From IMG/VR virus record IMGVR_UViG_3300049048_000052, positions 1 through 64,000 of that record: a stretch of 64,000 nt of DNA. The stretch is one strand, 5' to 3'. Under the pieces are notes generated by a model. That model ran no database searches. It saw nothing but the letters and a program-made list of their open reading frames with translations, and was not told the DNA's origin. Made by a program: the position numbers and the translations under genes. Within the stretch, counting starts at the first letter, position 1, and each line of letters starts with the position of its first letter. Below are positions 39,278 through 48,285 of this stretch, in pieces.

Positions 39278-39570
39278 CAAGGTGTCCTTAGTTAATCCCT
39301 GAGAACACAGGGCTAATGCCAACAGGGGGCCTTCGGGCCCTCTTATTATGTAATGAATATATACTTGCCCTTCTATTGAGTCATGGGGCTAATGGGGAGA
39401 TACATTCTCCCCTTCTTATTCTTATCTAAGTTATATATCTGTCCTTTGACTAGGGACATTATAGGGAGCACAACTCCCTTCCTTATTTTAATTGTTGTAT
39501 CTCCGTACGGCTCATAGGGCCCTTTTATTATCCTAGGCACTATTTCTAATCCTAGGTTAGGAGATACACT

Positions 39571-40122
39571 ATGTCTAACTGCATCAACTGTGTTCATTTC
39601 ATTGAGCGGGCTACTTCAACTGGTAATGTCTTAAGGATGTGTAGGGTTAATGCCACCTTACATGATATTAACTGCACTAAAAAGGTTACAGGACCAGTGA
39701 AACCCATAAAGGGCCCAAGTCAGAAAGCGCTAGCAGCTACTGTATTGGAGTCTCTTCTGGGTTGGAAGGGAAGTAGCCTAGCTGCCAATCCTGCATCTAC
39801 GGACTCTAAAGTTAAAAGTAGTAGTGAGGCTAGAGTCCTGGCTAAGAAGCAGTACTATGCTAGTAAGGCTATGACTTTTAATACCTTTGATAGTCTAGGC
39901 ACCTTTACCAAACTTCTAAAACCTATCTTCCGAAGTCTAGGTGGTGATTGGCAATGTGGCTGCAGCAAGGATGGTACTGGCTACTACGCTAGGGCTGGTA
40001 ATATAATCATCTCCTATACTATAGCTAGTTATCAACCATGGCTCTACCTAGTGGAGGGGAGCGGTATCGCTGAGTCTTTTGAGACTTTTATACAACTCAA
40101 GCAGCGTGTATTGGGTTACTAG
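39571..40122 (+). CDS. Hypothetical protein with N-terminal Cys cluster
   Basis: MSNCINCVHF..C..C, same pattern as 38084. Confidence 0.65.
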   Translation: MSNCINCVHFIERATSTGNVLRMCRVNATLHDINCTKKVTGPVKPIKGPSQKALAATVLESLLGWKGSSLAANPASTDSKVKSSSEARVLAKKQYYASKAMTFNTFDSLGTFTKLLKPIFRSLGGDWQCGCSKDGTGYYARAGNIIISYTIASYQPWLYLVEGSGIAESFETFIQLKQRVLGY

Positions 40123-40246
40123 TCCCTAAGTTGTAAGTGGGGCCCGAGAAGGCCCCACTTACAACTACTGTATCTCCTGGCCCATTGGCCCTTTTATTAT
40201 CCTAGGTAACACTTTACCTATCCTAGGTTAATGGAGATACACTATC

Positions 40247-40966
40247 ATGGCTAACAACTCTACCTCTTCCTCTATCGTTCGCGCATTCTCTGCTAAGTTG
40301 AACATCTGCCAACGTCGTGCTACGGGTGCTAAGGGCGGTAACCTGGGTACTGTTACCAAGGGCTACATCCGTACCTCTCCTGTTTCCACCTGGATTCAAT
40401 GGTCTCCTATGGAGGGCAACCTGTTCCTGGGTGAGCAAGAGGTAACCCCTCAGCAACTGCATGAACTGTTCCGTTTCCCTAATGGGGTACAGCTGATTTT
40501 CAAGCTTGATCTGAAGAATGTGACGCTCATGCAGGACGGGGCTGTTATCATGCCGCTTGGTTCTGATATTGAGGACCAGAAGGCCAATATGATTGATATG
40601 TTGGATGATACTAGCGTGCAGTCTATTACTGTGCGTTGGACATCTAAGCTTATCTTCAGCCGTAAGCAAGAGGCTTACATCGGGAGTGCTGGTGATCTCC
40701 GCTTGCCTCAGGTAGTTTACATTGAGCAGGCTACTATTGAGCTCAACTCTGAACGTGTAGAGATTGGAGGGGATGCTGTAGAGCATGTGGAACTCATTGA
40801 AGCTATCGCTGCCCTGCAATCTAAGAAGCCTACTCGTAAGGGTTTGGCACGTGTGCAGGAGCGTATGGTGAACATGGATCCAGGAGTTATTACTCCCTCT
40901 AACGTGAGCAGCTTTGCTGAAGGCATGCCTTCCGAATCCCCAGAGGACATCATGAATATGATGTAA
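40247..40966 (+). CDS. Hypothetical protein, paralogue A upstream of RNAP
   Basis: AKLNICQR..G.KGG..WIQW shared with 41030; ends EDIMNMM. Confidence 0.75.
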   Translation: MANNSTSSSIVRAFSAKLNICQRRATGAKGGNLGTVTKGYIRTSPVSTWIQWSPMEGNLFLGEQEVTPQQLHELFRFPNGVQLIFKLDLKNVTLMQDGAVIMPLGSDIEDQKANMIDMLDDTSVQSITVRWTSKLIFSRKQEAYIGSAGDLRLPQVVYIEQATIELNSERVEIGGDAVEHVELIEAIAALQSKKPTRKGLARVQERMVNMDPGVITPSNVSSFAEGMPSESPEDIMNMM

Positions 40967-41029
40967 TCCTTACTTAATAAAAGGGCCATATGGCCCTTTT
41001 ATTGTCCCGTACCTAGTTATTCAACGGGA

Positions 41030-41743
41030 TTGGAGATTCAAATGTACATTGCAACACTCAATATCTGTCAGCGTGGTAAATGGGGATTGAAGGGCGGCAA
41101 GCGTGCCGTCATCACTAATGGTGCCATTATGCGTGGTGAGCCTCGTTGGTGGATTCAGTTCATTCCCACTGATGGCTTCATCTATAAGGATGAGTATCTA
41201 ATCAGTCCTGTAACTGATTGGATGCATACGCTATTAGCTGATGATGAGCTGAGTCTTATGTTCCGGGTTGGTGCCGATAGCGCTGACTTTATTACCCCTG
41301 ATGGTAAGAAGCATATGCTATATAGTCGTGAGGACCAAGAGAACTTCATGCTTGAGGTTCTTGAGGATCCTAGCATCACGGCGATGCGTATCGAGTGGAA
41401 CTGTAAGCTGTTGTTCAATAGCAATACAGACATTACCACTAATGGTCATGAATCCATGGTGGCCGAGATCTGTGAGGCTACTGTATATCTTCTTGAGGCC
41501 ACTCGCTTTGAGAATGATAAGACTGAGGTAGCACCTGAGGAACTGGATGATGCGACTAAGCCATTCTTAGTTCCTAAGGGTGAATCCAAGGGTCTGTCTG
41601 GGGTACAGAATAATCTCAGTCGTGCTAAGCGTAAACGCGCCGAGAGAAAAGAGAGACACCGGGCAGTTAAGGCTGGTACGGTACTGGACGATGATATTGC
41701 TAGTGTAGCTGAGGCTGCAGAGAGCATCATCGATATGATGTAA
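41030..41743 (+). CDS. Hypothetical protein, paralogue B upstream of RNAP
   Basis: ATLNICQR..GLKGG..WIQF; ends ESIIDMM. Confidence 0.75.
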   Translation: MEIQMYIATLNICQRGKWGLKGGKRAVITNGAIMRGEPRWWIQFIPTDGFIYKDEYLISPVTDWMHTLLADDELSLMFRVGADSADFITPDGKKHMLYSREDQENFMLEVLEDPSITAMRIEWNCKLLFNSNTDITTNGHESMVAEICEATVYLLEATRFENDKTEVAPEELDDATKPFLVPKGESKGLSGVQNNLSRAKRKRAERKERHRAVKAGTVLDDDIASVAEAAESIIDMM

Positions 41744-41818
41744 TACCTATATACAAAATAGGACAATAAGGGGGCCATCGGCCCTTTTATTGTACACTCC
41801 CTTTATTGGAGAACCACT

Positions 41819-44800
41819 ATGTCTGCTATTGACTTCTCTCGTTTGACCGTGCCCGCTACTGCTAGCCAGGAACAGATCAGTGACCTGATCGATTGTCTGG
41901 GTGAGTTAGGTTACCAGGTGGTACCTGGACCTGACTTTAGAGTGGATGCGTCTGATGTCTTTATGCCCTTTAAGGGTGTGGAGACGGATGACGTAGCCTT
42001 GCTGGCTTACGCTCTAAGTACAGTGCTCAGCGGTCTCGGTATTGGTCTGCCTGAAACGGCAGCTGATGAATACGAGGCTGCCGCTGATGTTGATGGCCTG
42101 GTCCAGTATGTCCGGGCTATGTTCGATAACCCTAGTCAAGAGGAAACAATGGAAGAAGTCATTGAAGTTCAGGATCCAACTCCCTCCGTTAAGGTTGTTG
42201 GTTCTACTAAGGAAAACTTGCTCCCTCCAATTGTGTGGGAGAATCGCCCCATCGCTGAGATGAATGATATCATCTGTCGCTCTATGGGCACCAACTGGGA
42301 TAAACCTCTACCTTCTTGGGTACGCCTTGCTACTGCCTTTACGCATATTGGCCGTACTATTCTACCTACTGAATGGTTAGAAGGGGGCCGTATCGACCGC
42401 AGTCATAACTATGTCCGTACTGATGGCCGTTCCATTCTGAAGGCTATGTACAAGTTGGGTGTACCTCTCGTTGGTACCTCTACCAAGGTTAAGTTCTCTG
42501 AAGGTCAACCCATTGAGACTGTGGAACCCTGCCGTTTCAATGTTACCTTCACCACTCGGGATAACACCTACTTCGTTATCCCTGAGATTGAATCTGTTGT
42601 GGATGAAATGCCTCCACTCTTTGATGCAGAGCGTATGTCTCATGGCATGGTTAATTATGTCCATGAGGTAGTAAGTGCACTGGATGATGAGACCCTCCTG
42701 CAATTCTGGGCTAAGTTCATTCCTAACTCTAGTCTCAATGGTCGTGAGCTCACCTTCAGCCCTAGCGGTGTCTCTCAATACACCAATGTAATTGTTCGCT
42801 TGCCTGAGGCTGAGGACGAGCTGATTAGTGTTAGTACTGGTCGCACTCGCTATGTCAATCCTGTAATGGATGTTAGTGGTATTGTTGTATCTGGCCGCAC
42901 CATCCTGACCATGATGCTCATGAGTCTCGTAAATGAGGCCGAGTATTTGATTACTCAATCACGTGTAGATGGATACCTGAACCTGCTCTCTAATATGTGG
43001 GTACCCGCTGAGAATTATGGGGCCTTCAAGAAGAGTGGTGAGGCCATCCATAAAATCTACAACAATAGGGAGCTCCCAGTGGGCATGTATTGCACTCTGG
43101 GTATCCGTTATCCCTTCATTCACTTAGTGAATGTTAGTGCTGCCGCTAATAACGGTATCACTTCCTCTCGTCATATGGTAGAGGAATTCATCAAGAAGGG
43201 TATTGCTGCACTGCCTCACAAATATGGCACCTTTGGCAAGGCTGTCGTATTTGGTGCAGGGGTAAACGCCATGGGTATGGCGATCGCCCGTAATGAATAT
43301 GGCAACTATGTTGTCAATAACCTGGAGACTGATGAAGCATGGCAGCGCATGATCATGCGTACTGTCCTGGATGCATCTAAGCCTTCCAAGTTCTTCAACC
43401 GTCCCTGGACGTTCTTTGGTTCTGTCTTTGCTGATGGTACTGAGGACTTCCCGCTTGAGAAGTCTAAGCTCCATATGATGACCTATCATCCTGTGGATAA
43501 GGAAGGTACCGAGTTTATCAATGAGGCGGTCTATGTTCGCGGTGTGCGTCGTAAGATCTGTTATACCAATAGCCTCCTGACTCATGGCTCTGGTGTTGCT
43601 TCTGTTAACCCCAGCCGCCAAGCCATCCGTTATTCCGTTGGTAAGTCTGAGGCTGATATGATTAATGATTACAGCATCCCTCCTACATTCCGTAAGGTAT
43701 TTGAGAAGGATGCTGAGACTCGTAATGGGGCAGGTATGAACTCTGACTGGCTGCAGATTGTAGCTGAGAAGCTTCAAGAGAAGGCTGATCGTATTGTCGA
43801 TGAGGCCAAGGCCACCGGTAAGGTATTTCATGATGGGGATGTCGTAATGACTCTCTTTGCTGATCTGCCTGATTATAAGCGTGATCTGGTTGTGGTTACT
43901 GCACCTAACCAGGATATCTATCTGGAACGTGCTGAAGTAGTACGTGTGGCAACTACTAATGCTGTACGTGTGCGCTTCTTTACTCGCTTTGAGGGTGAGG
44001 ATTATATCCTTAAGCTGCGGGGTCCCGGTGTTAAGTTCACTACTCAGTTGGATGATATCACTTTCCTGAGTGGTTTCAGTGATTGGGATCTGTTCCTCAA
44101 CATGGAGTGCACTAAGGGCGAACTCGCTCAACTGTACATGTATGCTGAGGCCGTCGGTGAATGTATCTACTATCCTGATACCGGTTTATTGGAGCATGTT
44201 GCTACTGGTAAGGTAGAAGATTTGAAGGATGTTGGCGCTCCTTTCTACAAGTGGGTTGCAGACAATACCGCTAAGGAGGTTATTGAGCGTAAGGTATCCA
44301 AGGAGTACTTGGAATACATTGCCGAATGCCATCCTGGTCTGGTTGCCTTTACTGAGGACGATGTTACCAATAAGTCTGATATTGTTGTCAAGGCTGATCT
44401 GGGTCATGACTATCTTGTCCATGAGACCATCCAATGTCTTGTGGGTGATATGCTCTTCATGGTGGAGATCTCCACTCCTCGTGAGAATACTAGCCCTGCT
44501 GGTCTTACTCTGGAGCAGCTTGCCCTACTCGAGGGTGTCTATGCTGACTTGGCACTGGCATTCATTCACCTGTCTAAGGAGTTCCACTCCGGTATCCAAG
44601 GTATGGCTAAGCTGATCTTGGGTAAGTTGCCCTCTCAGGATCAAGTACCCTACCTTAACCTCATTGAGGCTGGGGATGTAGTAAACCGCGTCTCCCGGAC
44701 CGATAAGGGTATCCTCATGGGACGTCGCCTGATGCAGGCGCTTAAGAAGGAGTTTCCTAAGGGCTTTGTGCTCTTCAGCACTGACAGCTTTGGAGTCTAC

Positions 44801-46660
44801 TATGACTTTGATTCCATGTCCCGCTTTATGGCATTCTCTGGTGAGAGTGGTGCCTCTGGGGCTGCTGCTGATATCTCTCAGCTCTTTCATCAACTGGGTA
44901 TGCCTGCTGATAAGCGTTCTGCTCGTTACTGGCCTGCATCTATCCATGCACTTAACGTCAGTGCTCAGAATCTGATCACCGCTTGGGTTACCCAGATGGG
45001 TGGTGAGGAAGGTAAGGGCAGCAAGGTGCTCTCCCGTTTAGGCCGTACTGCTAAGATTGGCAGCAACCTGAAAGTTAAGACTGTCCATGTTATGGGGGGT
45101 GTTAGCGAAGGTAAGTTCATCACTCGTCCTGCTTATATGCAGGGACTTCCTGTGATGGGCTTGAATCCTAATTGTGCCAGTGTTAAGCGTCTGGGTATTA
45201 AGGCGGGTGATGTAGTCATGGCGGGTCGTACTCCTATGGGCTTCCCTGTCTTCTGCTATGCAGACGTACATCCTTGCTATGCTATTGCACATGGTTACCT
45301 CTTGGCTAACGTCTGGGCCTGGTGTAACGAGGGTGACGGTGATGGTGATCCTATGGCTATCTTCAATGTGACTGGTATCATTACTGAGGATAATCAGTGG
45401 CGTTACAATCGTAAGATTGAGCTGCGTGAGCTGAGCATCAAGGCGGCTGAGTCTGGTGACTTTACCAAGGCTAAGTCTTTAAGCACTCAAGCTGAATCTA
45501 TCAAGGCTCTGCCTCTGCCTACCTATGAGAAGATGGCTGCCCTGAATAAGGGTTATCTCTCTCTCGGTGGTTATGCTGCTATCTATGGTAGCCCTCGTAA
45601 GCATCCCTTTGCTGAGTTCTGTTCTCCTGCTGATAAGTGGTCTAAGAAGCTGCTTAATCTGGATGTGGATAAGATGATGCCTGGGCATTATCCTGCTGAC
45701 GAGAAGGCAATGAAGAAGGCTACTCGTAAGTCTCTGATCACTGATATCCCTGTGATGGACTATCTCAATGCCAATGATGCAGTAGCTAATCACTATCGTA
45801 TCAATGTTGGTATTGGCTACGGGGTTGCCTCTGCTCTGGCATTCCTGTTGGCGGATCGTCGTCGTAAGGCTATCATTGAAGCCAGTAAGAAGGCTATTGC
45901 TGAGGGCCATGATGTAGAGATCTACAATGGCGGTATGCAGCTGTATATTAATAGCGATGAGGCTGATAACTTCATCCGTCTTCAACTGGCTAAGAATGAG
46001 GAGCTGGTTAACCTTACCCGTGGTACGGTATTGGCCTGGCGTATGCTGTATGAAGGCTATGGTCTGGCTGGTGTCTCTGATGAGGCAACCATGGCATTCC
46101 GTATCCTCGATGTAGCGGCTCGTTCTAATGACCGGCGTATTGCTGTAGTTACTGTGGATGGTCAACCGCGCGTTGAGTATCCTAACTTCAAGCCTGAAGC
46201 AGGTACTGTGGCTACTCAGCCTGTGCTGAAGAATGGGGCTGCCTATCTAACTAGCTTCATCTTTGAGAAGTCTCCTGAGCTCCGTCATTCTATGCTCGGT
46301 GGGGTGAATGAGCTTATTCGTGCTCGCTCTCTGACGGTAGCCATCCGCGACATGGAACGTGGTCGTGAGCCTCGTACTATGCGCCATACCACCTTTTCTG
46401 ATGTGGTAATTGCAGGTGCGTCACGTCGTCTGGGTCAGGGTCAGTTTGGTGTGCAAGAGCAGACCGACTTCTCTGATGAGGGGGACAATGAAGCACACTC
46501 CATGTTTGAGCTGTTGGAAGGTATCCGTTGTGCTAATGGTGGTGCTTATCCCGTTCATAGCAACGTGGTTAAGTACTATCTGAGTATTGGTGCCTCCATC
46601 ATGTACAGCATGGAGATGCACGCTAAGACCAAGCGTGCTGAGATGAATCAGGGCTACTAA
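41819..46660 (+). CDS. Single-subunit two-barrel RNA polymerase (YonO/crAss-like, non-virion)
   Basis: GRTP (R1137), then CNEGDGDGDPMAIF (D1173-D1177) matching beta' RxP..NADFDGDQMAVH; K732..K739 in LKLRGPGVKF resembles the beta lysine pair. Confidence 0.85.
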   Translation: MSAIDFSRLTVPATASQEQISDLIDCLGELGYQVVPGPDFRVDASDVFMPFKGVETDDVALLAYALSTVLSGLGIGLPETAADEYEAAADVDGLVQYVRAMFDNPSQEETMEEVIEVQDPTPSVKVVGSTKENLLPPIVWENRPIAEMNDIICRSMGTNWDKPLPSWVRLATAFTHIGRTILPTEWLEGGRIDRSHNYVRTDGRSILKAMYKLGVPLVGTSTKVKFSEGQPIETVEPCRFNVTFTTRDNTYFVIPEIESVVDEMPPLFDAERMSHGMVNYVHEVVSALDDETLLQFWAKFIPNSSLNGRELTFSPSGVSQYTNVIVRLPEAEDELISVSTGRTRYVNPVMDVSGIVVSGRTILTMMLMSLVNEAEYLITQSRVDGYLNLLSNMWVPAENYGAFKKSGEAIHKIYNNRELPVGMYCTLGIRYPFIHLVNVSAAANNGITSSRHMVEEFIKKGIAALPHKYGTFGKAVVFGAGVNAMGMAIARNEYGNYVVNNLETDEAWQRMIMRTVLDASKPSKFFNRPWTFFGSVFADGTEDFPLEKSKLHMMTYHPVDKEGTEFINEAVYVRGVRRKICYTNSLLTHGSGVASVNPSRQAIRYSVGKSEADMINDYSIPPTFRKVFEKDAETRNGAGMNSDWLQIVAEKLQEKADRIVDEAKATGKVFHDGDVVMTLFADLPDYKRDLVVVTAPNQDIYLERAEVVRVATTNAVRVRFFTRFEGEDYILKLRGPGVKFTTQLDDITFLSGFSDWDLFLNMECTKGELAQLYMYAEAVGECIYYPDTGLLEHVATGKVEDLKDVGAPFYKWVADNTAKEVIERKVSKEYLEYIAECHPGLVAFTEDDVTNKSDIVVKADLGHDYLVHETIQCLVGDMLFMVEISTPRENTSPAGLTLEQLALLEGVYADLALAFIHLSKEFHSGIQGMAKLILGKLPSQDQVPYLNLIEAGDVVNRVSRTDKGILMGRRLMQALKKEFPKGFVLFSTDSFGVYYDFDSMSRFMAFSGESGASGAAADISQLFHQLGMPADKRSARYWPASIHALNVSAQNLITAWVTQMGGEEGKGSKVLSRLGRTAKIGSNLKVKTVHVMGGVSEGKFITRPAYMQGLPVMGLNPNCASVKRLGIKAGDVVMAGRTPMGFPVFCYADVHPCYAIAHGYLLANVWAWCNEGDGDGDPMAIFNVTGIITEDNQWRYNRKIELRELSIKAAESGDFTKAKSLSTQAESIKALPLPTYEKMAALNKGYLSLGGYAAIYGSPRKHPFAEFCSPADKWSKKLLNLDVDKMMPGHYPADEKAMKKATRKSLITDIPVMDYLNANDAVANHYRINVGIGYGVASALAFLLADRRRKAIIEASKKAIAEGHDVEIYNGGMQLYINSDEADNFIRLQLAKNEELVNLTRGTVLAWRMLYEGYGLAGVSDEATMAFRILDVAARSNDRRIAVVTVDGQPRVEYPNFKPEAGTVATQPVLKNGAAYLTSFIFEKSPELRHSMLGGVNELIRARSLTVAIRDMERGREPRTMRHTTFSDVVIAGASRRLGQGQFGVQEQTDFSDEGDNEAHSMFELLEGIRCANGGAYPVHSNVVKYYLSIGASIMYSMEMHAKTKRAEMNQGY

Positions 46661-46704
46661 TCTGATCTAGTAAGGGGGCCTACGGGCCCTTTTACTAGTG
46701 TTTG

Positions 46705-46881
46705 ATAGGGCAGCGAAAGCCATATAACATGAAGGAGCGGTAATCCTCTAGTGAGTGTCGGTTAAAGGTTATAGAACCGAAGGAGCGGTCCCGTAAGGGA
46801 TGCAGCGAAAGGTGACTAGGCTGAAGGAGCGGCTTACTATGATTATGCAGCGAAAGTGTTATAGGTGAAGGAGCGCCTATT
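46705..46881 (+). ncRNA. Candidate structured RNA with tandem bipartite motif GCAGCGAAAG..TGAAGGAGCG
   Basis: Motif A at 46710, 46802, 46847; motif B at 46730, 46779, 46822, 46866; GTAA tetraloop hairpin; ends can pair. Confidence 0.55.
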
Positions 46882-47014
46882 ATTCATTACTCCCTATCTT
46901 TTTGGCCAGCCGGTTTGATATGGTGTTATGGATTATCTTGTACTATCTACTTTCACCTACTTAGATGACTATCTAGGTCTATCCACTTTGACTAAGTAGG
47001 ATTGTAGGGGGTTT

Positions 47015-47299
47015 ATGCCTGAAGATAACTCACTTCTTAACCAGTGTGGCGTAGAATGGCGTTCATTCGTTATTGGATGCTATGCTAGCGATTCCTATGT
47101 TCTTGATATCTGTCTCTATCCTATAGGGGACATTATGATGATCCAGATTGATTATGACTTAGGTCTTATCTGGATAGTAATGGAGTCACCAACCACTTTT
47201 GTGTGGAAGGAGGTGGTGTATCAGGAGGATATAAGAGGGACATCCCCTTTGGTAGCCTATGAGCACTATCTAGAGTACAGATCTACTCTCACTAGATAA
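47015..47299 (+). CDS. Hypothetical protein
   Basis: ORF with GGGG SD-like sequence. Confidence 0.5.
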   Translation: MPEDNSLLNQCGVEWRSFVIGCYASDSYVLDICLYPIGDIMMIQIDYDLGLIWIVMESPTTFVWKEVVYQEDIRGTSPLVAYEHYLEYRSTLTR

Positions 47300-47429
47300 G
47301 TGAATCTCACACCTGGTTATCTGTTTATAGATGCCAGACTGGGAGATTCAGCTATCTCCTCAGCGTGGGTGGGGTCCAAACCCCTCACCTGTTCATGTTC
47401 CGATAACATTGTTTAGGACATTAATTACC

Positions 47430-48272
47430 ATGACTCAAGCACAAGAAAAGGCACCTACCTCTGCTAATGCGGCCCAAGAGGTCATTGGCATGTACGAAAA
47501 GATGATCGGTGAGATTAAGGATAAGCCTGAGGTGAAAGATCGGGGCATTATCATCTTAGAGCGCAACGTGTCGTCTCAAAGTCGCCTCTCCAACAGTGGC
47601 TCCGCTGCTCAGCGGAGCTTCATTTATCAGGCGGGTATGAACCGTCCTGGGGTAACCCCTGAAGATCAACGTCCCCAGATTATTGGGACGTGTATGGGCA
47701 ACAGCAAGTTGTATTTGTCCACTATGGATAAAGATTTCAACTTGGGCGATGACGTCGTTGAAGTAGATGAACTGCGGCCCCTATCTGTTTCTGTGGACCT
47801 GGCCCCTGAGCAGGCCGATAAGCTCAACGAGTATGTCGAAGAGCATAAAGGTGCTCGGGCCCTGCGCATCATCATGCACGTGAGCATGTATGCACGGATG
47901 GTAAGACTAACGCGGCAGCAACTGAGCATGTTCCTGTCTCAGTATGCACCCGATAGTGAGGCCTTCAAGAAGGCCAAGGGTGAGTTGGAAAACTTGGTGG
48001 TAAGTATCCCTGATGCTTATATTATCGACATCGAGCCAGCGCGGGGTTTCTCAGATACCTCCTTTGCTGGAGTCAGCAAAGCGGATATGCTGAAGCAAGC
48101 CCGTTCCTCTTGGGCAACTGGTCTGAATGCCTCTCGTGAGCGGACTAAGATCTTCGCCCAACAACAGAACGAAATGGCGCTGGCTCAGGGTAGCGATACC
48201 GACCAGGACAACCTGGGCACTGATGGTACCCCTGCTGTGCAGTCAGTTGAAGATGTTGCTAACATGATGTAA
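47430..48272 (+). CDS. Possible SSB/OB-fold-like protein with acidic tail
   Basis: Likely start at ATG 47430; high-expression codons; tail DTDQDNLG..VEDVANMM. Confidence 0.5.
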   Translation: MTQAQEKAPTSANAAQEVIGMYEKMIGEIKDKPEVKDRGIIILERNVSSQSRLSNSGSAAQRSFIYQAGMNRPGVTPEDQRPQIIGTCMGNSKLYLSTMDKDFNLGDDVVEVDELRPLSVSVDLAPEQADKLNEYVEEHKGARALRIIMHVSMYARMVRLTRQQLSMFLSQYAPDSEAFKKAKGELENLVVSIPDAYIIDIEPARGFSDTSFAGVSKADMLKQARSSWATGLNASRERTKIFAQQQNEMALAQGSDTDQDNLGTDGTPAVQSVEDVANMM

Positions 48273-48285
48273 TGGTCTGTTAGCT

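Larger units (their letters stand above)
31192..46698 (+). repeat. Dispersed intergenic module: GGGCC-loop-GGCCC-TTTT hairpin followed by CCTAGG/SD element (about 20 copies by eye)
   Basis: Copies near 31192, 31669, 31893, 32169, 32512, 32607, 33001, 33741, 34091, 34328, 34895, 35202, 36160, 37482, 38018, 39325, 39517, 40129, 40976, 41763, 46667. Confidence 0.9.

Noticed and set aside
42042-46621. ORFs overlapping the 1613-aa RNAP, including the 335-aa minus ORF 43124-44131
   Set aside because: Result of strong codon bias leaving the antisense frame open; no recognisable motifs.
46705-46881. CRISPR mini-array or glycine riboswitch interpretation
   Set aside because: Repeats are split 10-mers with 9-15 nt spacers and no cas context; CCGAAGGAGC matches the glycine aptamer but GGAGA and CTCTCAGG are absent.
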